A stretch of 64,000 nucleotides of DNA from Octopus vulgaris (taxonomy: Eukaryota): the NCBI GenBank assembly GCA_951406725.2, contig OX597825.1, positions 62,248,001-62,312,000 on the forward strand. The letters run 5' to 3'. Below the pieces are notes generated by a model, which worked only from the letters and a program-made list of their open reading frames with translations, searched no databases and had not been told where the DNA came from. Positions 1-13,447 of this stretch are shown here, piece after piece. Both the position numbers and the translations under genes were made by a program. Each line of letters opens with the position of its first letter. Positions within the stretch are counted from its first letter, which is position 1.

Positions 1-306
1 TGACAACCTTTTCCATGTACATTTTATTAAAAACATTAACTACAGCTAAATGTGTATCTAAAAACTCGTATGGTATTTGGAATGCAATAATCTTGTATAA
101 CATTATTGCTGAATTCTTAACTTTCATAAAGTCAAGCTACCATTTCAACATTTTGACTTTTATAATAATGCGTCTGTCTATATTTTACTACACTGTCTTT
201 GATAAATAGAAAGCACTTATATTGCCATCATGTCTTTAATAAACAACATCTATTGATATCATTTTGCTCTTCATAAATAGGATTTGCCACTATATTACTT
301 CATTAT

Positions 307-529
307 CTGGCAGAAACGTTAGCCACACCGGGCGAAATGTGTAGCCATATTTTGTCTGCCGTTATGTTCTGAGTTCAAATTCCGCCAAGGTCGACTTTGC
401 CTTTCATCCTTTCGGGGTCGATAAATTAAGAACCAGTTATACACTGGGGTCAATGTAATCGACTTAATCCGTTTGTCTGTCCTTGTTTGTCCCCTCTGTG
501 TTTAGCCCCTTGTGGGTAGTTAAGAAATA
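307..529 (+). mobile_element. tRNA-derived SINE, family A
   Basis: Pol III A-box-like CTGGCAGAAACG, B-box GAGTTCAAATTCC, core GCCTTTCATCCTTTCGGGGTCGATAAA; flanked by 18-bp TSD TATATTACTTCATTATCT (291-308 / 530-547); many copies in window. Confidence 0.9.
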
Positions 530-938
530 TATATTACTTCATTATCTTTATTAATGCAAATACATTTGAACATCTACATGTAACACTTTACTTTTCACAA
601 GCCCTGCCTACATTTTACCCTCATTTTCTTCATAATTAAAATTTACATTGATAGATTGACAGAATCATTAGAGTATTGAACCAAATACCTTATGAAGTTT
701 AATTACAACATTTTAATTACTAAGCTAAAATCTACCAAATTCAACCTTACTTTTTCCCCATTTTAGATTTCATTAAATGAAGTACCAGTCAAATACGGGA
801 TTGATATAATTGCTTAACCTATAATCCCCAAATTTCTAGCCTTGTGGCTGTGTAAGAAATTATAATTAAGGTCAACTTACAGTTTAACATCTTGCCTTCA
901 GAAATATAGTTTGCTTAGATATTTAACTAGATATACAC

Positions 939-1091
939 TCACGGAGTGGTTGGCATTAGGAAGGGCATCCAGCTGTAGAAATGCTGCCATATCAGACTGA
1001 AGCCTGGCACAGCCTCCTGGCTTCCCAGACCCTGGTCGAACCGTCCAACCCATGCTAGCATGGAAAACGGACGTTAAACGATGATGATGAC
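939..1091 (+). mobile_element. RTE-type LINE 3' tail
   Basis: GGTTGGCATTAGGAAGGGCATCCAGCTGTAGAAA...GGACGTTAAACGATGATGATGA, the same tail that ends the RTE ORF fragment at 44175-45272. Confidence 0.8.
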
Positions 1092-1104
1092 ATATAGACA
1101 AGAA

Positions 1105-1580
1105 CAGCAGTATAAATGAGGAGGGTTGCGTAAAGAAGTGTAGATTTTTAACTGTTGAGGGAAGCTGTGGAAGAGGTAGATACAGGAAGACATGGGATGA
1201 GGTGGTGAAATGTGATCTTCAGATGTTCAGTTCCATGGAGATGATGACAAGTGACTGAGACTGTTGGCAATTTGCTCTAATTGAGAAAACTCATTAAGCT
1301 TAGTGAAATCATAGTCATGGTCAGTGTCAATGACATGTAAAAGGCACCCATGCTGGTAACACATTAAATTCCCCCTCCCCAATGCCAGTGACGCATTAAT
1401 GGCACCCTGTACACTCTGTAGAGTGGTTGGCATAAGAAAGGGTATCCAATCATAGAAAGTAAACCAAAAACAGGCTGGAGCCTGGTGCAGCTCTCCAGCT
1501 GACCAGTTCCAGTCAAACCATCTGACCCATGTCAGCATGGGAAACGGATGCTATATGGTGATGATGATGATGATGACGAC
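1105..1580 (+). mobile_element. RTE LINE 3' fragment (ORF C-terminus plus 3'UTR)
   Basis: Translates to TVEGSCGRGRYRKTWDEVVKCDL, followed by the RTE tail and (GAT)n. Confidence 0.75.
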
Positions 1581-2207
1581 GACGACAGAAGCGGTGGTGG
1601 TCGTGGTAGTGGTGGTGGTGGAGATGCTGATAAACAGCTGGTTTTAGTTTCTTGTAACAGACAAAGCAATTAGTAAGAGTGAAAAGGGTAGTCCTTTCAT
1701 TTCGTTTTCTTCCCCTCTGGATCTCCAACGCAGATGGTGAGGAAGGAGATGGGGAGGAGGAAGTGCTTAAACTGAAGACCTTGTCTGAAAGCTTGTCTGA
1801 AACACTGTAAAATCTTCTAAAGTGACCCAAGAAGAAGATGGTGGTGTTAAACTAAGCAAAATATTTAGTCTACCAGCAAGAGAACAGAACACTCAAGACC
1901 TGAGCAAATATCACTAGACATTTTGTCTTATGCTTTAGTAATTCATCTTATTCACGTTCTAAAACTATAAGGAATCTTGAAGATAGGAACTCCAGACCAT
2001 TCATTTCCATAACATACAAATATATGTACATATTCTTTTATTCTGTTATTCTTTAACTTGTTTCAGTCATTAGACTGAAGCCATGCTGGCATACCATATA
2101 TATATGTGTGTGTGTGTGTGTATGTATGTAAATGTATATGTATATATGAACATATATATTATATATAAGCGTATACACTCACACGCTCAAACACACACAC
2201 ATATATA

Positions 2208-2660
2208 TTGGGTCATCCGATAGATAATGCAGTTTTTTATACTTCTTTTATTTTTTCAAAATTAAGATAAATAAAGTTTATTTTTAAATCTGAAATATAC
2301 CCCACTTCATTTTCCACAATGCTCATCTATCTATCTGTTAGACTTGCAAGGTCCCTCTTCCAAAATTCACTTGCTTGTGATGAAAAATACTCCTCCAGTG
2401 CTGTTCTGACCTCGTCTACACAATCCATATTTTTTCCTGTCCAAATGATTTTGAAGACTGCAGAATAAATGATCATGAGATAGGGCAATGCCCAGCAAAT
2501 ATGATGAGTGGTGCGTTGTTTCCCATTCAAACTACTCCAGCCTTTGGAATATCATTCTCGCTGTATGTGGCTGAGCACTATCCTGATGGAAAAACATCAT
2601 TCATTGTAAAACCAAAGATGTTCATTTTTCTTCTAGCATTGACTTAAGCCACTCAAGCTG
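2208..2660 (-). mobile_element. Decayed mariner transposon, 3' part with TIR
   Basis: Minus strand reads FFHQDSAQPHTA...FEWE...HLFCSLQNHLD...DEVRTALEEYFSSQASEFWKRDLASLTDR (decayed HQDNARPH / YSPDLAPSDYHLF motifs); TIR TTGGGTCATCC after TA at 2206. Confidence 0.85.
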
Positions 2661-2719
2661 CTTGCATGGAAAGCAGACCTTAAACAACGATGATGATGAT
2701 GATGTATATATCTATGTAT

Positions 2720-2737
2720 CTATACCTATCCATCTAT

Positions 2738-2817
<80 letters not shown>

Positions 2818-2872
2818 GTGTGTGTGTATGTATATTTATATATATATATATATATATCATCATCATCATCAT
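2720..2872. repeat. Compound microsatellite (ATCT)n-(TA)n-(CAT)n
   Basis: Directly visible. Confidence 0.95.
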
Positions 2873-3108
2873 CGTTTAGCATCCACTTTCCATGCTAGCA
2901 TGGGTTGGACGGTTCAACTGGGGTCTGGGAAGCCAGAAGGCTGCACCAGGCCCAGTCTGATCTGGCAATGTTTCTATGGCTGGATGCCCTTCCTAACGCC
3001 AACCACTCCGAGAGTGTAGTGGGTGATTTTTACGTGCCACCGGCACAGGTGCCAGACAAGGCTGGCAAACGCCCACTATTGGATGGTGCTTTTTACGTGC
3101 CACCGGCA
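2857..3108 (-). mobile_element. RTE-type LINE 3' tail
   Basis: Reverse complement of the tail at 939-1091, including GGATGCCCTTCCTAACGCCAACCACTCC. Confidence 0.8.
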
Positions 3109-4504
3109 GATATATATATATATATATTCCAAGCAAAGAACATCAACTGAATAGAGGACTTAAAAACATAGTAATTTACTGACAGTGATTTACCAGCAGG
3201 AATAGACCTCTGCTAAAACATCGAAGTCACTGTCAACAAATTACTAAGAAGCAAACACACACATATGCACATACACTCACACACACGCACACAGACACAC
3301 ACACACATACACACACACACATATATACTTATGTAATTTTCCTATTTTATGTAGAGAACCAAATTTATTTGATGCTGTGAGTTTTCTCTCCTGAGGAAAA
3401 TAAAGCAGTGTTGGTCGTAATTAGATTGAGAATAGAAACAACTGATTAGATTGTTGTTTCAAGAGTACAGATACATTCTGTTTGATACTTTCAGTTATAT
3501 TTGAGCTGGAAACAAAAAAAAACAAAAAAAAAAACTTATAGACTGTTCAAACAAGAGATTAGTTATATAGAGTGCACAGTTTAAAAGCACACATGAAAAA
3601 CAAAAAAAAAAAAAAAAAAAATTCTTCGAAATATAATGAAAACATCACATGGAAGAGAATAAATTCCCCATATGTTTGCTACCTGACCTACCATATTAGC
3701 AAAATAAAATTAGGCGATCTAAACATAAATATGGAAAATATAAAATAGATAAATGAATAAATAAAAAAAATTAAGTCTGCATTGAGTGGGTAGGGATTTG
3801 TGTTCAAACTCATAATACTTTTGATTAGTACAGTTTTTTCTTCCTTTTTTTGGTTTTTTTAATTTATTTATGAAATTTTTGTTTCTTTTCATAAGCTATT
3901 TGCTTTGTGAATTATTGAAAATAGTTGCACCACAATGAGATTTAAATTAGATTCAGTTCAGTGGCATTTAGGCTACAATTATTTCACATTCACTACTGAT
4001 TGGCTTTAAATCACTTCTGTTCCTATTTTTCTACTTTGCATGATTTACCATAACCCGCCTTTAACACCGTTTGATGAGGAAGATGCTCGATTGTAATGAA
4101 ATTAAGCTACGTCAAATGGATAATGCTTTAGGTGTGTTCTTTTCAGAGATTTGAATGAATTCAACAGTGAAATTAACAACAATTTACATTAGAAATTTTG
4201 AAAAGAGTGAAGAAAATAAAAACGAAATCATCGCTATAGATCATTAACATAATTTAGGAAATCAAATGGACTGCAGGCATTTGGTTCCAGTACCAGAAAA
4301 GAATCACTTCTCTCTAAATAGTGAACATGTGTGGTGAATTCATAATAAGATAAGAGATAGGGGTAAATGGTATTACTTTGTAGGAAAGACCGCATCTTGA
4401 GTCAGAGAGATAATTCCATGCTGTGTTAAAAATTTAAAACACACTTTTTTTGTTATTACTTGGTCAGTGAAGGAAGAAAGTAAACGAGTAATTTTCTTGA
4501 GTAA

Positions 4505-4736
4505 TGCTGGCCCATAAGGGCCTGTTTCCCAGTTTTTATGGCAGATATATATCCTCCACCTGGATGGGATGCTAGTCCATCACAGTATTACTCGTTTTTG
4601 CCAGCTGAGTGGACTGGAGCAATTGTGAAATGAAGTGTTTTGCTCCAGAATACAATGCGTTGCCTGGTTCAGGAATCGAAACCACAATCTTATGATCATG
4701 AGTCCAACACCCTAACCACTAAATAACATGCCTCCA
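4505..4736 (-). mobile_element. tRNA-derived SINE (family E-like head and core, family C-like tail)
   Basis: Minus strand: TAGTGGTTAGGG A-box, GGTTTCGATTCC B-box, GCTCCAGTCCACTCAGCTGGCAAAAA core, then TGATGGACTAGCATCCCATCCAGG. Confidence 0.7.
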
Positions 4737-5184
4737 CAGAGGACAAAAGACCATGTTCTGGACCTTAAAAGGCTTCTGTGAATTGTTGCAAGAAGTTATT
4801 CTCAACCTGGTGACATGCGACTGAGAGTACTTCGCAAAAGGTACCCACCCAATGGCTAGATGCAATGGACAGACTATGTCAACAACTCAGTGACTATTCC
4901 ATTAGGTACATTCTACAGATGCCACAATAACTTTTCAACATAGAACTGTAAATAAAATATTTACATAGTCTCCAGTAGCATTCGTGTGGAGTTGATGGGT
5001 TGAGGAAAATGCCACTAATCTCTCCTGTCTCCCCCTTCTCTGCCCTACTTCCACTTTTCCTTTTGTTTCACTTAATCCCTCATACTTTTACTTAGAATCA
5101 TCACACATTCTTATAGTCTCCTTCTGTTATAGGGGCTATTTTAGATCCTTAGACTTGTTAATTACAAGGTGGTCATTACTTTGA

Positions 5185-5304
5185 GACAGCAAGCTAGCAG
5201 AACTCTTAATACACTAGGCAAAATAGTTAATGGCATTTCACCCATCTTTATGTTCTGAGTTCAAATTCTCCTAAGGTCAACACTGCTTTTCATCCCTTTG
5301 GGAT
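5185..5304 (+). mobile_element. SINE family A, 5' fragment (old)
   Basis: TTCTGAGTTCAAATTC B-box and a degenerate TTTCATCCCTTTGGGATC core. Confidence 0.65.
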
Positions 5305-5489
5305 CTGTTGTGTCTCATCAATGCTGTTATGTCCTTCTTTTAACTCACTATATATGTCACTTTAAACGTGGACTTATAACAAGATTATAACAATACAAAT
5401 ATAAATCAGAAACACTATGGAACAAACAATATCTCTTCTCAACGACCTCTACGACTGTCTTTACAAAGTGCCTGCACACACCACACTGA

Positions 5490-7030
5490 TTTTCTTTATT
5501 GGGCACACAGTCCCTGACACCGAGGGGGATGGTACATGGACAGACAGAGCAATACAGTGGGGACAAAAACATAAAATGAATGAATGATAAATGAATTATA
5601 ATAATGAGGATGTAATGGCTACTTGAACCCCACTCTCAAGCAGTACCATTTAACTGTTTTTAATACAAGTTTTCATATCTTTTGTTATTTGTTTCTTTTT
5701 CCTTTTTAGTATCGTATGTGTAGTCTCATTTAACAAAATTTTTATAGCTTACTCACACTTTACCATTTTATATATGGCTTCAAATCCTCATAACCTACAA
5801 CAGGCAGTAGGTCATCAAACTCTACCTCCACTCCCAATGGGTCTATGTTGGTTCCAAACCATTAAAAAAAATTTTCATATCTCTGGTGGTCTATTAATAT
5901 GCCTTTTGTATTTCTGTGCAATGTTCCGCCGGTAATTTTACTCTAATCCCTTCAACTGCTGTACTTTATGTATATGTTACCATATGCAATTTGTTTTTCC
6001 TGGGTCTTTTGACTGCTTGTTTCTGCAGTGAACCCAGGCTGTCTGGGGTGGTTTCCTTTTTTTTTACTTTCGTTAGTGATGCTGGTGGAGATGCATTCTG
6101 CACAAACTGTGCAATGTCTGTTTCACTCTCCTTTTTCATTTTTGGACTTTTCACTATCTCTTTTCTTTTTCCCTTGGTTACCTCTATAAATGCCTCCTCC
6201 GTTTCCTCCACACATTTCTCATGTGCTAGGCCTGTCACTTCGGTACTCAGCTCATGTTGGTTTTCCTTGTTTTTACTGTCTCTCTGGGGGCACTTTATTC
6301 TAATGTGTCCCTTTTCTCCGCATTGATAGCAGGTTGGTGGTCTTCCTTCTACCACCACTCTCAACCTTATGTCCTTCGTTAGAATCAACTCTTCTGCAAT
6401 TTCATTTACATCTTCTCCGACCTGGACAACCATTTCTAGACTGTATCCCCAGCAGTTTACCTTCTTTGTCCTTGTTACTTTTAGAATTTTGGCATCCTCC
6501 TCAGTTTTGTGCATTACAGCTGCCACCAGCCATGCTTCTTTGATTTCTGGTGGTACCCTGCCTGTTCTAACACTGGCGACCTTTTTACTGTAGTAGGTTG
6601 GCAGGAGTAACAATCCTTGTGTTCTCAGCTTCACAGTGGAGTGATTTATTGCCACCTGTTTGTTGGCAAACCTCACCTCCACTGTGCTTAATTTTCTGCC
6701 TCTTGTGTAGAATGTTGTCAGGCTCTTTATTTCCTTCAGACATTCTTCAATAGCTTCTTCTGTAGAGCTATCTCAATATTTTTGGTGGTTGTAGATAGTG
6801 TTCTATAAATCACTGTTCTTTTCTTTGTACTGGTGGTCACTTCTTCTGGAAGGGGTCAGCCTTAAACTGGATCCCTCCTTCTGAATCAGCCTGTTGTACT
6901 CCGTCAGCTTCTGTTTGATTTTAATTTCTTGCAGTTCTAGAGAATCTGTGGTTGTACCTTTTCCAGCCACTGAAGCATAACTCCTGGCATGTGCTGGAAC
7001 TGGTTCACAATCCATTTTCTTTTTATTTTT
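5490..7030 (-). mobile_element. Non-LTR retroelement carrying only a gag-like ORF1 (L1/Tx1-type)
   Basis: ATG at 7015 (MDCEPVPAHARSYASVA...), zinc knuckle CYQCGEKGHIRIKC, basic EAFIEVTKGKRK segment, 3'UTR ending AATAAAGAAAA at about 5500-5490. Confidence 0.7.
5762..7015 (-). pseudogene. Disrupted CCHC zinc-knuckle ORF1 protein
   Basis: ORF pieces 6803-7015 and 5966-6682 in different frames; C-x2-C-x4-H-x4-C at 6290-6331; further stops downstream. Confidence 0.75.
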
Positions 7031-7205
7031 CCACATTGCTCCAGTCCACTCACCTGACAAAAATTAGTAGTACCTGTAATTCAAAAGTCACATTCTGTGT
7101 CACACTGAATCTCCATGAGAACTACACTAAGACTACACGTGTCTGTGGAGTACTCAGCCACTTGCACGTTTATTTCATGAGGAGGCTGTTCCATTGATCA
7201 GATGG
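7031..7205 (+). mobile_element. SINE family E, body fragment
   Basis: Aligns by eye to 60330-60485 (GCTCCAGTCCACTCA...ACACGTGTCTGTGGAGT.CTCAG.CACTTGCA). Confidence 0.75.
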
Positions 7206-7593
7206 AGTGCCAGTTTTATAATAAATCTTGAGATGCATGCAAAACAGTTAGAATCTAAACACTAATGTATGTAATTATTCTTAATACATTCTGGCAGATT
7301 TCAATGTGAATATGACCTCTGCTGTATTCCATCTTTAGATCACTGGAGAAGATCTCCCCCACTTCAGCTGATGTTATTGATCTGAGTTAGCTTTGACTAA
7401 AGAGACACATTATTTTAAAATTCGAACTGGTTTGTGTGCATCCCAACAATGACTTTAGTAAAGGCAATAAAAGAAAACGAAATTTTATATCAATGGATCA
7501 TAAAACTTGCATGCAATTTAGCACCAATTTATATTGTTGTGTAAGTCAGAAATACTTTATTGGCATCAAATGAAAAGACAAAGGGTAATAATA

Positions 7594-7810
7594 CTTTCTA
7601 CTATAGGCACAAGGTCTGAAATTTTGGGGGAGGGGGGGCAAGTCAATTACATCGACCCCAGTGCATAACTGGTACTTATTTCATCGACCCCCAAAAAGAT
7701 GAGTGGCAAAGTCAACCTTGGTGGAATTTGAACTCAGATCATAAGGACGGGTAAAATATTGCTAAGCATTTAGTCTGGGGAGTTAGCAATTCTGCCAGCT
7801 CTCCCCCTTA
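7594..7810 (-). mobile_element. SINE family A (alternative tail)
   Basis: GGAATTTGAACTCAGA (antisense B-box), ACTGGTACTTATTTCATCGACCCC core. Confidence 0.8.
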
Positions 7811-9102
7811 GAAAATAATGAAATCATATTGTTATATTTTGGGACGGTCATTCTCCTTTTGCCGAATAAACACAAGCACTGTATATTCATTTTTCACTTC
7901 AGATTTTTTTATCATTCTTATTTTATGCCCTTTGTTTGGAAACATTTCTTCACACCTACTGTGACCTCTTCAGCAACTCACCATCCCATGTGTCAAAATT
8001 ATCATGACAAATATTCCATTTGTTTTGGTATCCATTTGGGTCTACATGCAGAGAAACTAATTTAAAATAAAACCATTTAGCTTTTCTCACAGCTTACAAA
8101 TGCTTACAAAATTTGAAACACCTTTATTTTTTAATCACTATGTCTCCAACAGTACAAAAGGCATTTTCAATTAAGTATGATGTTGGGAAAGGCAGAAACA
8201 CTTGCTGAGCCTGACTATTATTGTAGTTAATAAGTGAGCTGTCCTAAAAGGGAATATGTGCGTACACTTTGGTCTTTTATATGTAAGTACATATATATAT
8301 CTAAATTTTGTACAACTCTATTATTCTTTCACTCTCTCTTTCCTTCTTTCTATCGGCCCCTTCACACTTACTTCGTTCTTTCCACTCTTCATTCTTTTAT
8401 TTCCCCTTTCTCACATTTCCTGGTTTTCTCTTCATTCTCACCTACCCTCCTCTTTCACTTCACTCTGTCCCTTTTCTTTTTTTCTTGTCCCTCCCTAATT
8501 CTTCTATCCCTCTGCCTCTACCTCTCTCCCTTCTCTCTCCACATGACTGGTGTTTAGCCAAGCCTGACCTTTCTTTCTTGGTTCAACTACCATCCATGCA
8601 ACATCTATATTCCTCCCTATGCCTGTCATCTCTTATGTCCATGGCAAAAAGCTTCACTTCCACACATGCCAGCTTAATTTAATTCGTCCTTAGTCGAAAG
8701 ACACCTTTTGTTAATTTCCTGTTATTTGCATTTGTATTTGTGTAACAGTTCTCTGTTTTTTCCGTTTTTGTTTTCATATACATTTGCTGCTTTCTTCCAA
8801 GGAATCTAGTGCTCTTAGCTTAGTTTTTCATTGGGGCTGGCCAGATTGGAGCTATCTTGAGTATAACCAGCCAAAATTGGAAAAGATAATCTGGAACTCA
8901 ACTGAAGAAAGAAAACTCTGAATGACCCATCCTTGATTTTAGCATTGTCTGTCTAGATGCTTTGTGTTCTTGTCCCATTTTTGGTATTGCTTTATATATA
9001 TACATTTACATATATATATATATATATATATATGTATGAAGAGATGAATGGATTAACTGGTATTTCATCAATTATTTCATTGGGTATCTTACTCATTTAT
9101 TT

Positions 9103-9204
9103 GGTGGCCTGATGAGTTGGGAGGCATGCAGCATTTAAACAATCTAATTGCCTTATGATAGTATCAAAATAAAAATTCATAATGAAACAATTGTAGCAAT
9201 ACCA
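9103..9204 (+). ncRNA. Decayed hammerhead ribozyme-like motif
   Basis: GGC-CTGATGA (9109-9115) ... GAAA-CAATTG-TA-GC (9184-9197); stem II long and degenerate. Confidence 0.4.
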
Positions 9205-9966
9205 GAGAACCTATCCATCTGTTTTTATACTATACTTAAGTTATCATTCCTTGTTCGATGATATTGGATACTTTTGGATACAAACGGAATTCTTAATTAG
9301 CAAACAATAGCAAACCTTTTTCATTGATGCAGTCTGGGTTACTTAACTGCCTGTTTTTGCATAATTCAGAGTTGATAAATTGTAACATGCTTCACTTTGA
9401 TATGCATAGCATATTCAAGGATCCCAGCAATCAAAATTATACATACATTCATACATACATACATACATATATACATACATTCATACATATGTGTGTATGT
9501 ATGTATACATGCATCAATGTATGTATGTGTGTGTACATGCATACATGTGTGTATGCAAGCATGTTGTACTGCAACAACTGGTACAGTCTTTCCTAGATTG
9601 GAATTTTTCTTGACTATAATTCCTCCCCAATTCCTGCTCCCAAAATAAAATTCTCTTTAGTCATGAAATTCTTCTGCTGAGAGCCAAGTGTCTCTTGTCT
9701 GACTATTGTTGCTAAAGAGAATCATACACGAAATTTTAAAAAAAAAAAAAAAAAAAGTTAAATGGAAGACATTATATTGTTTTCTGGAACAAAAAGGAAT
9801 AATTTGGTACTGATTTTGAGACAACGTATCTAAAGAGATGTAATAGAAAAAATATCTTTAAAATATTAGTAGGAACCTATATTTTATGTGTTGGAATCAT
9901 AGTTGGTTATTCATACATGTTCATTACAGTATGTAATGAAATATTCATACAGCACAAGATTCTGAC

Positions 9967-9996
9967 TGTGTGTATGTGTGTGTTTGTGTCTGTGTA

Positions 9997-10060
<64 letters not shown>

Positions 10061-10075
10061 TGTGTCTGTGTGTGT
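9967..10075. repeat. (GT)n microsatellite
   Basis: Directly visible. Confidence 0.95.
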
Positions 10076-11759
10076 ACTTTAACTTTTTTCTCTATCTGTC
10101 TGGGAGAACTCTTGGTTTTATCGTACAAAACTGTCTATTTCAAAGTATTTATATGTAAATTTAAGCATCATATAAAAGAACCTTTTGTGAAATTTAGAGT
10201 TCTTGTGTAAGAACCTTTTGTGAAATTTAGTTCCAAACACTAGCTTTATGAAGACATAGTTACTTAATTTAGAAATCTCCTCCTCATACTAAATTATTTT
10301 AAAATCTGATTAAAGCCTAGAGATCATATTTCTTTTCACATACATTCACAGAGAGGTTAAACTATAATGTTTGGTTATACTAACAGTGAATTTAATACAC
10401 AATCTCATGGTGGAAGTGAACATTATATTTCAAATACAACAAATAATATACAAAGCACTTAAGAAGAAAATAACAGTTATTGGCCAATTATTGATAGAAA
10501 ATAATATGTTCCAGATAAGAAAATGTGTTCTAATTAATTGACTTTAGAAAAATGATCATTTGATCACCATTTAGACATAATGAATCTCTATTAGTGAAAT
10601 ATTAAGCATTTTTATATAATGTAATATGTTTCAAAGGAAGTTACAATAGCTATAAAATGTGAAACAAAGTGATTTCTACATACCCAACAGCAGGCATAGC
10701 TTGATAGCATGGATAACAAGTAAATTAAATACTTGCCTATCTTCATGAGTTTGTAATTGAAGTTCTGAGGTCATAGGGTTATATTTGTGAATGATATATA
10801 ATTATTAACCCCTACATGGTCATTGATATAATAATAATATAGAAACCTTCACCTTAAAATCATTATTTAAAATAATAAACAAGTGAATTAATAATGCTTT
10901 TTTTGTGTTATCATTGTTCAATGATATTTATGAAAGCATCATTTGGTCCCAAATCACGCATAGTTTTCTTATTAGAATTTATTTACCACTTTCTAGTCAA
11001 AAGGTGAAATCTAGTTAGACATTTCTTCAAGTAAAGATGCTGTTAAAAGAAATTATATTTCGTGTTATACTAAGATTTTTGATTAATTTTTTTTTTTTTT
11101 TTGCCTATTAATTTTTTCTGTCACATAATCAAAGAAAGTAACATTTTCTTACTCTGACAAGTTCTGTTATCTTCAACCATAAATATCAAGGTGCACTACC
11201 AATATAATGTTCTTATCTAAGGTCGTAAATGACCAACGCAAGTTACAAAACACACAGATTCTATCAATGAGTAGATAATGAACTATTTTCAGAAGTTTTA
11301 CAATCTGATGAAAGTGTGGTCTTTTAATAATAGTTAAAAAATTTTTTTGAAATTTTGCTTTTTAAAATGCAAAGAATTCTCACACATATGCTTACTGCAA
11401 GTGAACACACATGTACAACACTCTCATACACGTGAATTTACATAAAACTGTAATTTTTTTTTTTAAGGCTACATGACAGAGCCCTACATTATATTCACAT
11501 ACACATGTAAAGATGCAATAATGACTTTTAAATTTCAAATGAAACTAAACTATGGAAAAAGAAAGATCAGCAAGAAAATCAAGTATGAAGTAAATAATTT
11601 AAACTGCATTCACAAGTGTTTTATAACAACTTACATCACTATTGTCTTTGCTGATCTGACTGTTTCGTTTCTTCTTCATCTCATTTCTAGCTTGATGTTT
11701 GCTAGCTAAATTATAGAGCTATTCCAACTGTTGAAAAGAAATCTAAATATTAGCATTCT

Positions 11760-11768
11760 TATGTATGC

Positions 11769-11802
<34 letters not shown>

Positions 11803-11816
11803 TCATCATCATCATC

Positions 11817-11903
<87 letters not shown>

Positions 11904-11994
11904 TATATACATATATATATACATACACATATATATATAAATACATAGATATATATGTATGTACATATACATATATATATATATATATATACAT

Positions 11995-12035
<41 letters not shown>

Positions 12036-12117
12036 CAGAGATATATATGTATGTACATATATCTATATATATAGTTACATATATAACTATACATACATGC
12101 TCACACACATATATATG

Positions 12118-12165
<48 letters not shown>

Positions 12166-12190
12166 CACATACACACACACACGTATGAAT
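11760..12190. repeat. Large compound (TA)n/(CA)n microsatellite
   Basis: Directly visible. Confidence 0.95.
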
Positions 12191-12722
12191 ATAATTTGTC
12201 TCTTTCTTTTTTCTCCTCTCATGTGAGATTTCTTTTATTCTTTCTTGCTAAAATGAAAAGCAAATCCTGTCATCATCATATACAAACTATTTATATAGGT
12301 GCTGATCAATATTATTACAAATATAAGCATCTGTACAACTGTATATTTTAATATCAATGCACTGAGATAAATCAAAGTGGTTTTTAAAAAAATAAATATA
12401 GAGAAATTGACAGTTTCAATATGTAAACATTCTCTTGCTAGTTCATATATCTCAATGGAGAAACAATCTTTTAACATCCTGTTTTTCTTGTTGTTTTAAA
12501 ATGTATGTATCAACTAGTCTTCTGTCTTTTTTTATTTGTTTGTTTGTTTATTCGGTTGCTTGTTTATTTATTTATAAGTTAAAATATATTTTTCTCTTTT
12601 AAATATAATTCATATATTTGCAAAGCATTAATATTCTATAATAACAAGCAGAATAGGTTTCAAAGTGACAGTAGAAAAAGAAGAAAGGACATTAAGAGAG
12701 AAAAAGAGAGAGTTAGATAGAT

Positions 12723-12765
<43 letters not shown>

Positions 12766-13380
12766 GGCGACAGAGAAAAAGGGAGAGAGAGAAAGAGAGT
12801 ACAGAATAAAGTTCTAAGCTTTATGTTTGCAAGTTCACTTCTTAAACATGTTCCATTTTCATTTTATGTCGCCAACACCAATAAAACAGGTTGCATCGGT
12901 AACATACCGTTCTTGGTTGTTTCAGTTGACTAGAGCCTCATTTCCTTTAAAAATAAAACCATGAATCTTTTAAAAGAATCAATATTATACTACAACTTCT
13001 TATGCTATGGATCTTTCTACAATCAGTTGATCTGAAATAAAACTTGATACTAAAGCTACAAAGACAATACTTTATATGTTAATGCGAAATTTCATATAAC
13101 TATTATAATTTAGATTTTTGTTCTGCTTGTGTTTGGTTCTTTCTTCTGTAGCTAATGCAACAAATGTGAGAATATGTATTTGTCTAGTTTGTAATTTCCA
13201 CCCACATCGGTGCTGGCATTGGTATGTAGTTAAGTAGTTCATTTCCTATACACATGGTTTTGAGGTCAATTCCACTACATGGCATCTTGAGCAAGTGTCA
13301 TCTAGGCCTCCAATAACTCCAAGTTGATCAAAGTTAGTAAGTGGATTTTGTGGATGGAAACTGAAAGAAACTTATACATA

Positions 13381-13447
<67 letters not shown>

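Noticed and set aside
1513-1830. 105-aa Ser/His-rich ORF
   Set aside because: Runs into the (CAT)n RTE tail; no recognisable domain or splice support
7937-7975. HHR-like minus-strand CTGAAGA-g-gtcaca..tgtgaa-GAAA-tgtt-TC
   Set aside because: 3-bp stem I, mismatched base of stem II, non-palindromic stem III; needs a family consensus
8240-8992. CT-rich block plus tail ending at (TA)n, with CTGAAGAA..GAAT at about 8902
   Set aside because: Probably a repeat, perhaps a PLE end, but the ribozyme core and stems are too degenerate to call
11706-12351. Long ORFs of YI, HT, YLSI or CV repeats here and at about 2.7, 9.9, 23, 26, 37 and 60.5 kb
   Set aside because: Translations of microsatellites that lack stop codons
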